Source of the DNA: an uncultured candidate division WWE3 bacterium
Lineage (GTDB): Bacteria; Patescibacteriota; WWE3; UBA101185; UBA10185
Length of the DNA: 64,000 nucleotides
Direction: 5' to 3'
NCBI GenBank assembly: GCA_963765125.1
Contig: CAVXUZ010000005.1
Span: forward strand, 33,596 to 97,595
Shown here: one piece after another, positions 19,507 through 30,183 of the stretch
Numbering within the stretch: position 1 is the first letter of the stretch
How the letters are laid out: each line of letters begins with the position of its first letter
Translations under genes and position numbers: made by a program
Notes under the pieces: generated by a model
What the model saw: the letters and a program-made list of their open reading frames with translations, nothing else
Database searches by the model: none
Told to the model about the DNA's origin: nothing

Positions 19507-19528
19507 AAATTCCCTATTTTGGCCGGTG

Positions 19529-20173
19529 TTATTTAACTTTAAAAGTTTTTCTGTGTAAATCGGAGAACCCGTGTTTTTTAATCATGTTGCGGTGAAATTC
19601 GGTGCCGTATCCTTTATGTCGTTCAAAACCATAGACTTCGTATTTGTTGTTATGTGAAAACCTCTCCATTAAGGCGTCCCTATAGACTTTCGCGACGATA
19701 GACGCTGCTGCAATAGAAATGCTGAGACTATCTCCCCTTTTAATGTTTGTCTGTGATTCTTTCGCAAAGTTCTTAATCTCAAACGCGTCTGTAAGTATAT
19801 GGTGGGGTTTTTTATCGAGTTTGAGTACAGCTTTTTCAAAGGCAATTTGAGTGCATTTTGAAATACCTAGCCTATCAACCTCTAAATTGTCTATTTCAAC
19901 CACTGAGTACGCTAATGCCTCATTAACGATGAATTCATTTAATTTACAGCGTTTATTGTGGGTTAGTAATTTTGAATCATTAATTTCGTCGTACAACTTG
20001 TGTTCATCTAATAAATTTTTGTAATCATTTAAGTGTTTGGGGTTTAGAATAACGGCAGAAACAACCATTGGCCCTGCGAGGCACCCGCGCCCTACTTCAT
20101 CCACGCCAGCGATGTACTTTAGTCCCCTGTTCCAGAGGTTTCGTTCGAATTTTGTGAGTAGATCAAGCGGCAT
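19529..20173 (-). CDS. rnhB: Ribonuclease HII
   Basis: GVDEVGRGCLAGPMVVSAVIL (DEVGRG catalytic motif). Downstream SKLL and DSK motifs. 214 aa. Confidence 0.85.
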   Translation of the reverse strand: MPLDLLTKFERNLWNRGLKYIAGVDEVGRGCLAGPMVVSAVILNPKHLNDYKNLLDEHKLYDEINDSKLLTHNKRCKLNEFIVNEALAYSVVEIDNLEVDRLGISKCTQIAFEKAVLKLDKKPHHILTDAFEIKNFAKESQTNIKRGDSLSISIAAASIVAKVYRDALMERFSHNNKYEVYGFERHKGYGTEFHRNMIKKHGFSDLHRKTFKVK

Positions 20174-20188
20174 TTAATTGTTGGGTAA

Positions 20189-22804
20189 TTATTTTTCTGC
20201 AGGTTGAGGTGCACTGGTTTCGACAGTTTCATCCTCTAGCACTGCTACTGAGGTAACCTTATCGTTATCCTTTAGTTTGATTAATCTGACGCCTAAAGTA
20301 GCGCGTCCGAGTACTGGAATATCAGCAGCGGCAACTCTTATCACCATGCCACTTTCAGTTGCTATTAGAAGATCAATCTTAGTTCCATCGTTGATTGCCT
20401 TAGCTGCGACTAGGTTGCCGGTTTTATCGCTTGGTTTATATGCAATAATCCCCGACCCTCCCCTATTTTGTGTTTTGTACTCAGTGAAAGGAGTTTTCTT
20501 ACCGTAACCTTTTTCAGCTACTGTACACAGAAGCATTTTGTCGCTTTTTTCAGGAATTATAATTGCGCTTACGACTACATCTTTTGGATTTTTTAGCTTG
20601 ATACCGCCAACGCCGCTAGCGGTTCTACCCATAGGTCTTGCGTCAGCCTCATTAAATCGTATAGACTGCCCCTCAGCGGTCGTAATCATTACATCATCTT
20701 TACCGTATGTAATGCCGGCAAACACTAGGCTATCACCATCTGTTAGGTTAATTGCCTGTATACCTGATGATCTTATATGGCGATACTGCTCAATATCGGT
20801 CTTTTTAACTTTTCCTTGGTTTGTAACGAAAAAGACAAAGCCACCCATATTATCCATTTCTTCTGGGCTAAGCGTTAAAAATGCCTCGACTCTTTCTTCG
20901 GAGCCTATGCTTAAGAAGTTAACTAGAGGTGTTCCTTTTGCGATTCTCGAGTATTCAGGTATTTCCCATATTCTCATCTTGTAAACCTTGCCTGTGTTTG
21001 TAAATACGAGAGCCCAATCATGAGCTTGGCACGACTTGATGGTTGTAACTTGGTCTTCATCTTTCAGCTGCGCACCAGATATACCCGTTCCTCCTCTACC
21101 CTGTGTTCTGTAGGCGCTTTCTTTCATTCTCTTTATATAACCGCCTGCAGATATGGTAATTATTGACTCTTCGTTTACGATTATGTCTTCATCGCTTATT
21201 TCATCAATCAAACCTTTTACTACTTTAGTGCGGCGTTCATCGTTAAATTTTTCTTTTAGCTCTAATAATTCGCTTCTGACCCTTTCAATAATTAGTTTTG
21301 GTGATGCAAGTAGTTCCTCAAATCCTTGTATTGTCTTAATAATCTCTTTTAACTCGTCCTCAATCTTTTTTCTTTCGAGCGCGGCGAGTCTTCTAAGTTG
21401 CATATCTAAGATTGCCTGAGCTTGAATATCTGAAAAATCAAATACTTTAATAAGCTTTTCTTTTGCTACATCAGCGTCTGGGCTACTTCTGATCAATTTT
21501 ATTATTTCGTCAAGATTGTCCAAAGCTTTTTTCAGACCGAGCAATATGTGTTCTCTAAGCTTTGCTTTCTTAAGTAAAAAGATTGTTCGTCGGATTATTA
21601 CTTGCTGTCTGTGGATAATAAATTCTTCGAGAATATTCTTAAGAGTCATTAATCTTGGCTCATTATTTAGCAGTGCGACAATGTTTGCGTTGAATGTACT
21701 CTGCAGAGGAGTGTATTTGTACAAACTGTTCTCAATCTTCTTGGGTATTGCGTCTCTTTTTAACTCAATAACAACTCTGATTTCGTTTCTGCTTGATTCG
21801 TCGCGTAAATCTGTGATTCCCTCAATCCTTTTATCTTTAACTAGTTCGGCAATTTTGGTTAAGAGTGAAGATTTTTCAATTTGATATGGAATTTCTTTAA
21901 CGATGATGCGAGTTTTTCCGCCTTTTGTTTCCTCAATCTCCATCTTGGCTCGTGTTACTACCCTTCCTCTACCTGTTGCGTACATATGGACGATTTCTTT
22001 TTGATCATAAATTATTCCACCCGTTGGGAAATCTGGTCCGTGAATATAACTGATAAGTTCTTGTGCTGTGGCGCTAGACTCAAATTTAGTTTTTGCGATT
22101 TTTAAAATCTGTTTTTGATTAACAACGTCAATTTCATGGTCATAAGTGTCTGTTCCTATGGAGTCTGCTTTATCTATCATGAAATTAATAGCGTCTATCA
22201 CTTCGCCTAGATTATGGGGAGGAATATTTGTTGCCATTCCGACTGCGATGCCCGATGAGCCGTTAATTAAAAGGTTTGGTAATAGTGATGGCAAGTATTG
22301 TGGTTCTTCGGTTTGCAGGTCATTAAGCTCAAAATCAACCGTATCCGAGTCAATATCGCGGTAAAGCTCTTCTGCAATTTTGCTAAGTTTGCTTTCTGTG
22401 TACCTCATGGCTGCTGGAGGGTCGCCGTCGATGCTTCCGAAGTTTCCTTGAGGCATTATGAGTGGGTATCTAAGTGAAAAGTCTTGTGCCATTCTAACCA
22501 ATGAGTCGTAGATGGCTGTATCACCGTGAGGATGATACTTTTTCATAACTTCACCAACAACAGAGGCGCATTTAAAGTATTTGCCAGTATGGACCATATT
22601 TTGGTCCTGCATAGCGTAGATGATTCTTCGGTGGACTGGTTTTAAGCCGTCTCTGACGTCAGGTAGTGCTCTAGAAACGATTACGCTCATCGCGTAGTCA
22701 AGATATGCGGTTTGCATCTGCTCATTAATGTCAGTTGTACCTTTTAGCAGGCCGTTATCGTCATACTCTTTAATGGGTTCTAGTTCTGTATCTTTTTCTT
22801 CCAT
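20189..22804 (-). CDS. gyrA: DNA gyrase subunit A
   Basis: AYLDYAMSVIVSRALPDVRDGLKPVHRRIIYAM. Active-site Tyr region. C-terminal beta-pinwheel repeats. 871 aa. Confidence 0.95.
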   Translation of the reverse strand: MEEKDTELEPIKEYDDNGLLKGTTDINEQMQTAYLDYAMSVIVSRALPDVRDGLKPVHRRIIYAMQDQNMVHTGKYFKCASVVGEVMKKYHPHGDTAIYDSLVRMAQDFSLRYPLIMPQGNFGSIDGDPPAAMRYTESKLSKIAEELYRDIDSDTVDFELNDLQTEEPQYLPSLLPNLLINGSSGIAVGMATNIPPHNLGEVIDAINFMIDKADSIGTDTYDHEIDVVNQKQILKIAKTKFESSATAQELISYIHGPDFPTGGIIYDQKEIVHMYATGRGRVVTRAKMEIEETKGGKTRIIVKEIPYQIEKSSLLTKIAELVKDKRIEGITDLRDESSRNEIRVVIELKRDAIPKKIENSLYKYTPLQSTFNANIVALLNNEPRLMTLKNILEEFIIHRQQVIIRRTIFLLKKAKLREHILLGLKKALDNLDEIIKLIRSSPDADVAKEKLIKVFDFSDIQAQAILDMQLRRLAALERKKIEDELKEIIKTIQGFEELLASPKLIIERVRSELLELKEKFNDERRTKVVKGLIDEISDEDIIVNEESIITISAGGYIKRMKESAYRTQGRGGTGISGAQLKDEDQVTTIKSCQAHDWALVFTNTGKVYKMRIWEIPEYSRIAKGTPLVNFLSIGSEERVEAFLTLSPEEMDNMGGFVFFVTNQGKVKKTDIEQYRHIRSSGIQAINLTDGDSLVFAGITYGKDDVMITTAEGQSIRFNEADARPMGRTASGVGGIKLKNPKDVVVSAIIIPEKSDKMLLCTVAEKGYGKKTPFTEYKTQNRGGSGIIAYKPSDKTGNLVAAKAINDGTKIDLLIATESGMVIRVAAADIPVLGRATLGVRLIKLKDNDKVTSVAVLEDETVETSAPQPAEK

Positions 22805-22897
22805 AACTGATTAATGATACCAAGATTACATTGTGTAATCAATGGAAATACTACGTTTAAACACGCACTTTTTGGCTTTATTTCGACCTTGATTAGA

Positions 22898-24922
22898 TTA
22901 TAATCCGAAGTAAACAATTACCAATGGAGCTATTAACAAAGCTACAATTTGGATTATTTTCATCATCGGATTTATTGCTGGTCCGGAAGTATCTTTGAGA
23001 GGATCACCTACGGTGTCCCCTACTACGGCAGCTTTATGTGCCATACTTCCTTTTCCACCCATATTGCCGTCCTCAATGTACTTTTTAGCGTTATCCCAAG
23101 CTCCGCCTGTGTTGCAGCTATAAAGTGCAACCATTAAACCTGACGCGATAGCCCCTGCTAAAAATCCACCGAGAGCCTCAGCACCAAGCGTGCTGGCAAA
23201 AATTGGTGATGTAACAACAATAGCTGCAGGAATGATCAACTCTTTTTGTGCAGCCGCTGTAACAATATCAACAGCTTTTGAGTAATCTGGTAATGCTTTA
23301 CCTTCCATTATGCCTTTAATTTCTTTGAATTGGCGCCTTACCTCTTCAATGACTTGGTAAGCAGCAACACCAACTGCCTTCATAAGCCTTGAACTAAATA
23401 AGTAAGGAAGTACGCTACCAAACAATAACCCAACAAAAACCTTAGGATTTGCGATATCTATAGCTACAAGTCCGGTTATTTCAAAGTATGTTGCAAATAA
23501 TGAACTTGCGGCGATGACGGCTGATCCTACTGCAAAACCTTTTGTAAGAGCTTTTGTGGTATTACCGACAGCGTCGAGACCTGATGTGACTTCAGCAGCC
23601 TTTTCAGATAAACCTGCCATTTCACACATTCCTTGAGCATTGTCTGAGATAGGTCCAAATGTATCCAATGCCATAATAATTCCTGTCGTAGCGAGCATTC
23701 CCATACCAACTAGTGAAACACCGTAAAATCCAAGAAGCTCGTAACCTATTAGTATGCCCCCGATCATAACCAATGTTGAAGCAAAGGTTGACTCCATTCC
23801 GTAAGACATTCCAGAAATGATGTTTGTACCGGCGCCTGTTTCAGAAGCTTTTGCGATTGCAACAACCGGCTTTTCTCCTGGTCCAGTGTAGTATTTGGTG
23901 ATAAAAAGCAAAGCTAACATAGCAACAATACCTGCGACCGCTGCGTATCCCGCTTTTACTTCTCCAAGAAGATAATAAGCAAGACCCATAAATATAAACG
24001 CAGAAGATATGGCTGAGATAACAAAACCTCTAATTAACGGTTGAATTGCACCCTTATCTTTTTTAGTAGCTTTAACAAAGAATGAACCAAGGATCGAAGT
24101 GAAAATAGCTGCTGACCTTGCAAGTAGAGGGAAAACGACTCCTTTGAGTCCAAACATATGTCCGCCTAAAATCATGGCTGCAACGACGGTTAACTCATAT
24201 GATTCAAAGACATCCGCTGCCATACCGGCGCAGTCTCCAACGTTGTCACCAACGTTATCTGCGATAACTGCTGGATTTCTTGGGTCATCTTCAGGAATAC
24301 CTTTTTCAACTTTGCCTACTAAGTCGGCACCTACATCAGCTGCCTTTGTAAATATACCGCCCCCTACTCTCATAAAGAGTGCGAGAAGCGCAGCACCAAA
24401 TCCATAACCAACCAAAACATCAGTTGCGTGTTTAGCAACTTGCGCATCGCCCTGTGTGTGAAAAGAGAAATATGACCACATATAGATAAGTGAAACACCG
24501 AGTAGTCCAAGTCCGACAACGAGCATTCCGTTTACTGTACCTGCGCCAAAAGCAACTTTTAGAGCGGGGTTTAGGCCTCTTAACGCGGCATTTGCTGTTC
24601 TAACGTTAGCTTGAACGGCAACCCACATACCAATGTATCCGATAATTGCGCTTGAGATTGCACCGAGCAAAAACGTTACCGCAATATCAGCACCCATAGT
24701 CGCGAAAAGAATAAAGAAAAGGACAATCATAAAAGGAATGATTACCTTAAATTGTCTTTTAAGATAAGCCATGGCTCCGTCTCTGATAGCTTGAGCAATA
24801 GCCTTAAGCTTTGGAGAACCTTCTGGCTCTTTTAGTACTTGTTTTGTTAAATAAAAACCATAGGCAAGCGCAATAACCGATGTTATTGGTGCTCCGAAAA
24901 GTGCGATCAATTGTATATCCAT
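22898..24922 (-). CDS. hppA: Membrane-bound H+/Na+-translocating pyrophosphatase
   Basis: [18 protein letters not shown] and other V-PPase signature blocks. About 16 TM helices. 674 aa. Confidence 0.9.
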   Translation of the reverse strand: MDIQLIALFGAPITSVIALAYGFYLTKQVLKEPEGSPKLKAIAQAIRDGAMAYLKRQFKVIIPFMIVLFFILFATMGADIAVTFLLGAISSAIIGYIGMWVAVQANVRTANAALRGLNPALKVAFGAGTVNGMLVVGLGLLGVSLIYMWSYFSFHTQGDAQVAKHATDVLVGYGFGAALLALFMRVGGGIFTKAADVGADLVGKVEKGIPEDDPRNPAVIADNVGDNVGDCAGMAADVFESYELTVVAAMILGGHMFGLKGVVFPLLARSAAIFTSILGSFFVKATKKDKGAIQPLIRGFVISAISSAFIFMGLAYYLLGEVKAGYAAVAGIVAMLALLFITKYYTGPGEKPVVAIAKASETGAGTNIISGMSYGMESTFASTLVMIGGILIGYELLGFYGVSLVGMGMLATTGIIMALDTFGPISDNAQGMCEMAGLSEKAAEVTSGLDAVGNTTKALTKGFAVGSAVIAASSLFATYFEITGLVAIDIANPKVFVGLLFGSVLPYLFSSRLMKAVGVAAYQVIEEVRRQFKEIKGIMEGKALPDYSKAVDIVTAAAQKELIIPAAIVVTSPIFASTLGAEALGGFLAGAIASGLMVALYSCNTGGAWDNAKKYIEDGNMGGKGSMAHKAAVVGDTVGDPLKDTSGPAINPMMKIIQIVALLIAPLVIVYFGL

Positions 24923-25058
24923 TTGTTGTCCTTAATATGATAAAGAAATAATTACTTTAGTTTGAAAAACTTCGTAAATTATACATTTATATCTGTATAT
25001 GGCAAGTTTTTCTGCCTGTTTGAACCAATAATGCGAACGTTAAAAATTTATCGTTAAA

Positions 25059-25556
25059 TCATTTAAGATTTAAGTTAAAACCACGCTCGTAAACACTGTT
25101 GTCATTTCCTCCGTCGCTTTGTGCATTTATCTGGTAGCGGTTTGACTCAAAAACCATATTTAGTTCAAAATCGGTACCGTTTGAATAATATGAGAATACG
25201 TAAGGATCGGAATTTACCGGATCGGCTGGAAGTACAGATATTACATCGATTAATCCCCTACCCTTTAAGTCAACAAATTTTACCCACCCCAATCCGTTTA
25301 TATTATTTGAACCAAGATTTGAACTGCAGTCAGAACAACCGATTGTGTTGCTAAGTTGGATTACACCGTTTGCAATAGAATCAATAATTGCAGTTTGAAC
25401 ACTGAGCATATCATTCATTCTGCGCGCATCTCTTGCTTGTTTTTGATACTCGTTAACGTCGAGTATCTTAACCATAATTCCTGTAAGTATTCCAATAATT
25501 GAAATTACGATTAGAAGTTCAATAAGTGTAAATGCATTTGGTTTGGTGATGGGCAT
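25059..25556 (-). CDS. Type IV pilin paralog (prepilin leader MPITKPNA|FTLIELLIVISIIGIL)
   Basis: Class III signal peptide with E+5. The C-terminal blocks LPADPVNSDPYVFSYY, FELNMVFE and DGGNDNSVYERG are shared with the pilins at 32599 and 48299. Confidence 0.75.
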   Translation of the reverse strand: MPITKPNAFTLIELLIVISIIGILTGIMVKILDVNEYQKQARDARRMNDMLSVQTAIIDSIANGVIQLSNTIGCSDCSSNLGSNNINGLGWVKFVDLKGRGLIDVISVLPADPVNSDPYVFSYYSNGTDFELNMVFESNRYQINAQSDGGNDNSVYERGFNLNLK

Positions 25557-25579
25557 TACTAAAAGTATAGTGTGAAGTG

Positions 25580-27559
25580 CTAGGTTTTGTCGATATTTGC
25601 TTCTTTAGCGTGAGTTTGTATAAATCTTTTTCTTGGAGGTACTTCGCTTCCCATTAGCATTGTGAAAACCTCGTCTGTTTTTGCTTCGTCGCTAATGCTG
25701 ATTTGTAAAAGTTTTCTTGTTTCTGGATTCATTGTGGTTTCCCAGAGTTCATCGGCATTCATTTCTCCTAGACCTTTAAACCTTTGCACAACAGCTTTTT
25801 TACCGGCGTCTGTCTTGAGAAATTCCTGTCTTTCATTTTCGTCAAAAAGGTACTTCTTTTCCTTATTCCAAGAAGCTTTAAACAGCGGTGGAACTGCCAC
25901 AAAAATGTGTCCTTCATCAATCAATTGCTTCATATGTCTATAGAAGAAAGTTAAATGCAAAGTCATGATGTGCATTCCGTCACTATCTGCATCGGCCATA
26001 ATGATGATCTTGTGATATCTGAGTTTTTCTGCGTTGTATTGTTCCCCTATTCCAGCGCCGACAGCTACGATTAAGCTTTTGAATTTGTCAGATTCTACAA
26101 TTTTATCGATTCTTGCACGTTCGGTATTTAAAACTTTTCCAAACAAAGGAAGAATTGCTTGAGTTTCTCTGTTTCTACCTTGTTTTGCTGAACCTCCTGC
26201 TGAATCTCCCTCAACAATAAAAAGCTCTGCTCTTTTTGGATCTTTTGTTGCGCAGTCAGAAAGTTTACCTGGTAATACGCCGCTACCTGAATCCAAAAGA
26301 TTCTTTCGGATAACTGTATCCCTTGCAGCTTTTGCAGCCATTCTTGCTTTTAATGCGAGTACATTTTTTTCAATGATTGCTTTAGCGTCTCGAGGGTTTT
26401 CGTTTAGAAAATTTTCAAGTCCGTCTTTAACTACGGTTTCAACTGCTTGTCTAACGATTGTGTTTCCTAGTTTTGCCTTTGTTTGGCCTTCAAACTGAAG
26501 TGTTTCAGAGTTCAGCTGAACAGAAATTACTGCTGTTAGGCCCTCTCTTAAATCGTCACCTGAAAGATTATCGTCTTTGTCTTTAATAATATTTGATTTT
26601 CTTGCATAGTCATTGATTGATTTGGTTAATGCCGATCTAAACCCTGTCATATGGGTTCCACCTTCATTATTTTTAAGATGGTTTGCAAAGCAAAGGAGTG
26701 TTTCATTAAATGAATCGTTGTATTGAAGAGCTACTTCAACGTCGACGTCATCTTGGGTTTTTTTAACAAAAAAGATATTTGGGTGCATGACCTGCTTATT
26801 TCTGTTAATAGCCTTTAGATAAGATTTAATTCCACCCTCAAAATAAAATGATTCTTTTATATCGTTGCGATAATCGTGCACGTCAAATTTAATATTTGCA
26901 GTTAAATACGCGTACTCTTTTACTTGATTTAAAAAGAATTTATGTTTAAAGTCGATTGTTTCAAATATTGTGTCATCGGGTAAAAACTGGACTATACTTC
27001 CCGATTCGTAGTTCCAGTCGTCGAGGTGTAATAACCATTTTGGTTTTGCGCTTAATTTTGTAACTGGTTTTTTAAGATCAAGCGTTTCTACTGGTCTAAC
27101 AACTTTTCCTCCGTTTTCATATTCTTGGATAACAATTGTATCCCCTCTTTTGACTATCACTCTGCACCACTTAGAAAGTGCGTTTACTACCGAAGCACCA
27201 ACTCCGTGGAGTCCGCTTGAGACTTTGTAACCGCCTCCGCCGAATTTTCCACCCGCGTGGAGCCTTGTATAAGCAAGTTCCAAAGCGCTTACGCCATAGC
27301 CTTCTTTTATATCAAATGGAATTCCTCTTCCGTTATCGTAGATTGCAGCTGAGCCATCTTCTAAAAATTCAAGTCTAATATGATTTGCAAAACCACCAAT
27401 ACCCTCGTCCATTGAGTTATTGAGAATTTCTGTAACCAAATGATGAAGACCCTCTTCACCTGTCGACCCGATGTACATACCAGGTCTTTTTCTGACCGGT
27501 TCGAGACCTTCTAGTACTTGTATTTGATCAGCGCTGTATTCAGAAGTTTGTTTAGTCAT
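25580..27559 (-). CDS. gyrB: DNA gyrase subunit B
   Basis: GHKL ATPase N-terminus (LHHLVTEILNNSMDE). TOPRIM domain EGDSAGGSAKQGR. C-terminal tail. 659 aa. Confidence 0.95.
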   Translation of the reverse strand: MTKQTSEYSADQIQVLEGLEPVRKRPGMYIGSTGEEGLHHLVTEILNNSMDEGIGGFANHIRLEFLEDGSAAIYDNGRGIPFDIKEGYGVSALELAYTRLHAGGKFGGGGYKVSSGLHGVGASVVNALSKWCRVIVKRGDTIVIQEYENGGKVVRPVETLDLKKPVTKLSAKPKWLLHLDDWNYESGSIVQFLPDDTIFETIDFKHKFFLNQVKEYAYLTANIKFDVHDYRNDIKESFYFEGGIKSYLKAINRNKQVMHPNIFFVKKTQDDVDVEVALQYNDSFNETLLCFANHLKNNEGGTHMTGFRSALTKSINDYARKSNIIKDKDDNLSGDDLREGLTAVISVQLNSETLQFEGQTKAKLGNTIVRQAVETVVKDGLENFLNENPRDAKAIIEKNVLALKARMAAKAARDTVIRKNLLDSGSGVLPGKLSDCATKDPKRAELFIVEGDSAGGSAKQGRNRETQAILPLFGKVLNTERARIDKIVESDKFKSLIVAVGAGIGEQYNAEKLRYHKIIIMADADSDGMHIMTLHLTFFYRHMKQLIDEGHIFVAVPPLFKASWNKEKKYLFDENERQEFLKTDAGKKAVVQRFKGLGEMNADELWETTMNPETRKLLQISISDEAKTDEVFTMLMGSEVPPRKRFIQTHAKEANIDKT

Positions 27560-27685
27560 ACGAATGTTGGGTTATTATATGTTACTTTTTTCTAAATAAC
27601 GATAATAACTGTTAGATTTTATAGTAATTGCTAGGGCTTTTCAAGGCTACGTATTTATAGAGATGGCCTTATTAAAGCTAAAAAG

Positions 27686-28357
27686 TCAGTTTAGATTAAT
27701 GAAGATTGTTTCTAATGCCAATCTCGCATTAACGTTTGTTTCTTCAATGTCTTTTTTAATCTCTAACGCTCTTTTCAAAAATTGAACAGAGCTCTTGTCT
27801 GCAAAATTTAACATCTCTTCCCTACCCTGTGTAATTAAATCTTCTAAAACTAATACAATCTCTTCTTTTTCAAATTTCCCAATTTCCTGAGCTAATTCTA
27901 GTTTTTGTCCAAAATCCATCATTTTAATTGTTTTTAATTTATAGTTACTTTTAATTTCTTCTGTGTCATCCCTTTCTGCGTGTATTTTTCTACACCTAGA
28001 AACAACTGTTGGAAGTAGTGAATTTTCTGTTTTTGCACTTAGAACTATAAGTACTCCTGCGGGTGGTTCTTCGAGTGTTTTTAAAAGTGCGTTTTGGGCT
28101 TGGGATGTTAGAAGGTGAGCGTCGTGAATTATTACAGCTTTATTCTTTGCGCTGTAGGCTTTAGTAGAAAGAAAGGTTGTACATTTTCTAACCAAATCAA
28201 TACCTATACTATTTTTTCCTTTTTCTTTTTTAATCACTAAAAGGTCAGGATTTTCTTTTTCAACAAGTTTTAGATTGGCGTTTTTAATGATCTCAAAGAC
28301 CTTTTTTTCGCGTATTTTTAAAGTATTTCCGATAACGAGTACCGCTCCCGATGTCAT
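27686..28357 (-). CDS. holB: DNA polymerase III delta-prime-like clamp-loader subunit (short, degenerate P-loop)
   Basis: AVIIHDAHLLTSQAQNALLKTLEEPP (sensor-1 / SRC-like arginine-finger region, typical of HolB). 223 aa. Confidence 0.6.
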   Translation of the reverse strand: MTSGAVLVIGNTLKIREKKVFEIIKNANLKLVEKENPDLLVIKKEKGKNSIGIDLVRKCTTFLSTKAYSAKNKAVIIHDAHLLTSQAQNALLKTLEEPPAGVLIVLSAKTENSLLPTVVSRCRKIHAERDDTEEIKSNYKLKTIKMMDFGQKLELAQEIGKFEKEEIVLVLEDLITQGREEMLNFADKSSVQFLKRALEIKKDIEETNVNARLALETIFINLN

Positions 28358-28419
28358 ATTCGCATTATACTATCAATCAAATGATTGTGTTATGATAGAT
28401 AATATAATTAAACCTGCCT

Positions 28420-30183
28420 ATGTTTGATGCAAGTAAACAAAAAGGAATCGAAGACGTTTTAGCCGCAAAAGGTATCTTGAGCAAAGACCAACTTTCAGCC
28501 GTAAAATTTGATCACGTTAATACTGGAAGGAGCATGCACGAGATCCTTAAAGAAAGAGGCTTTGTCTCAGAAAAGGATTTCGTAGAAGCCTACGGTGAGG
28601 TTTATAACATTCCCTATCTCAATCTAGAGAGTGAACAAATAGATGAGAATATTTTTAACATCCTTCCTCTTTCAGTTTTAAAAAAGTACAAAATAGTCCC
28701 AGTTAAACTTGAAGATAAATCAAAACTACATTTAGCCATGGAAGATCCACTCGATCTTCAAACAATCGAGTTTGTAGAAAGAAAAACCGGCTACCACGTA
28801 ATTCCCTATATTGCGACGACAAAAGCATTAGAAAAGATCTTAGAAGAGTTTAAAAGTGAAGCTATTGGTGATGAAATTAGCGCTGCGTTAGAAGAAATCA
28901 CCCAAACAACGTTAAAAATTGAAGAAGGTTCTGCCGATTTGTCTGACGAAACAATAAGAGATGCGCCTGTTGCAAGAATTGTGAGCATGATTTTAGAAAC
29001 CGCTGTTAAAACCGGCGCCTCTGATGTGCACCTAGAGCCTGGTGAAGATAAGTCAAGACTACGTTACCGAGTTGATGGAATTTTAGAAGAAAAAAGAACA
29101 TTTCCTAAAGAAATGCACGATTCAATCGTTGCAAGAATAAAAATCCTTTCTAATATGAAAATTGATGAGCGCAGACTTCCTCAAGACGGTAGATTCAAAG
29201 TTCAAGTTGGCGAAACAAGCACAGATTTGCGCGTGTCGTCACTGCCGACGATATACGGTGAAAAAGCAGTTATTAGGTTGTTGAAAGAACAAGGGGTTGT
29301 TTTTAGCTACAAAGATTTAGGATTACGCGGTCTCGCGTTGAAAAGATTTGAAGCAGCATCGTTTAAACCAACGGGTATGATTCTTGTTACAGGTCCTACA
29401 GGTTCAGGAAAAACCGTCACGCTTTCTGCAGCGCTCTCTAAATTAAATACTGCGAGAGTAAACATCGTTACAATTGAAGACCCTGTTGAAATTCGTGTCA
29501 GCGGTGTTAACCAGGTTCAAGTCAATCCTCAAGCAGGATTAACATTCGCTGCAGGGCTAAGATCATTCTTACGACAAGACCCAAACATTATTCTAGTGGG
29601 AGAGATTCGAGACAGTGAAACTGCGGAGCTAGCAATCCACGCGGCATTAACTGGGCATTTAGTTTTATCGACTCTCCACACCAATTCTGCTGCTGGAGCA
29701 ATTCCTAGGTTATTAGATATGAAGGTTGAAGATTTTCTGCTCTCCTCTACCCTGAATGCTGTTTTAGCACAAAGACTTGTGAGAAAAATTTGTAATGAAT
29801 GCAAAGAGCCGTACGAACCTCCTGAGGAAATACAAAAACAAATTAGAGAAATTCTCGCCGAAGTTAAGACAAACAAAATTCTCGTTTCAAAAGATCCGGA
29901 CGTGGCAAAATTATTAAAAGAATTAGATAAACCAGCAATTACTTTATATAAAGGAAAAGGTTGCGATGTTTGTGGCCAGACAGGCTACAAAGGTAGAATT
30001 GGTATTTTTGAATTATTAGAAATGAATGAAAAGATTGCACGTTTAACGATAGATGGTAGCCCAGCAGAAACAATCGAAAAACAAGCGATAGAAGATGGAA
30101 TGCTCAAACTGCTGCACGACGGCTACTTGCGAGCTTTAGAAGGAAATACAACTATTGAAGAAGTTATGAGGGTTGCAAAATAA
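28420..30183 (+). CDS. pilB: Type IV pilus assembly (extension) ATPase PilB/GspE family
   Basis: N-terminal GSPII_E_N domains. Walker A LVTGPTGSGKTVTLSAAL. Asp/His boxes. Tetracysteine CNECK...CDVCGQTGYKGR zinc motif. 587 aa. Confidence 0.9.
   Translation: MFDASKQKGIEDVLAAKGILSKDQLSAVKFDHVNTGRSMHEILKERGFVSEKDFVEAYGEVYNIPYLNLESEQIDENIFNILPLSVLKKYKIVPVKLEDKSKLHLAMEDPLDLQTIEFVERKTGYHVIPYIATTKALEKILEEFKSEAIGDEISAALEEITQTTLKIEEGSADLSDETIRDAPVARIVSMILETAVKTGASDVHLEPGEDKSRLRYRVDGILEEKRTFPKEMHDSIVARIKILSNMKIDERRLPQDGRFKVQVGETSTDLRVSSLPTIYGEKAVIRLLKEQGVVFSYKDLGLRGLALKRFEAASFKPTGMILVTGPTGSGKTVTLSAALSKLNTARVNIVTIEDPVEIRVSGVNQVQVNPQAGLTFAAGLRSFLRQDPNIILVGEIRDSETAELAIHAALTGHLVLSTLHTNSAAGAIPRLLDMKVEDFLLSSTLNAVLAQRLVRKICNECKEPYEPPEEIQKQIREILAEVKTNKILVSKDPDVAKLLKELDKPAITLYKGKGCDVCGQTGYKGRIGIFELLEMNEKIARLTIDGSPAETIEKQAIEDGMLKLLHDGYLRALEGNTTIEEVMRVAK

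Noticed and set aside
20277-22364. Several 70-150-aa plus-strand ORFs inside gyrA, and similar antisense ORFs inside hppA, gyrB, pilB/T/C, recG and the PBP
   Set aside because: They are embedded antisense or off-frame within well-supported long CDSs. The overlaps are typical of an AT-rich genome.
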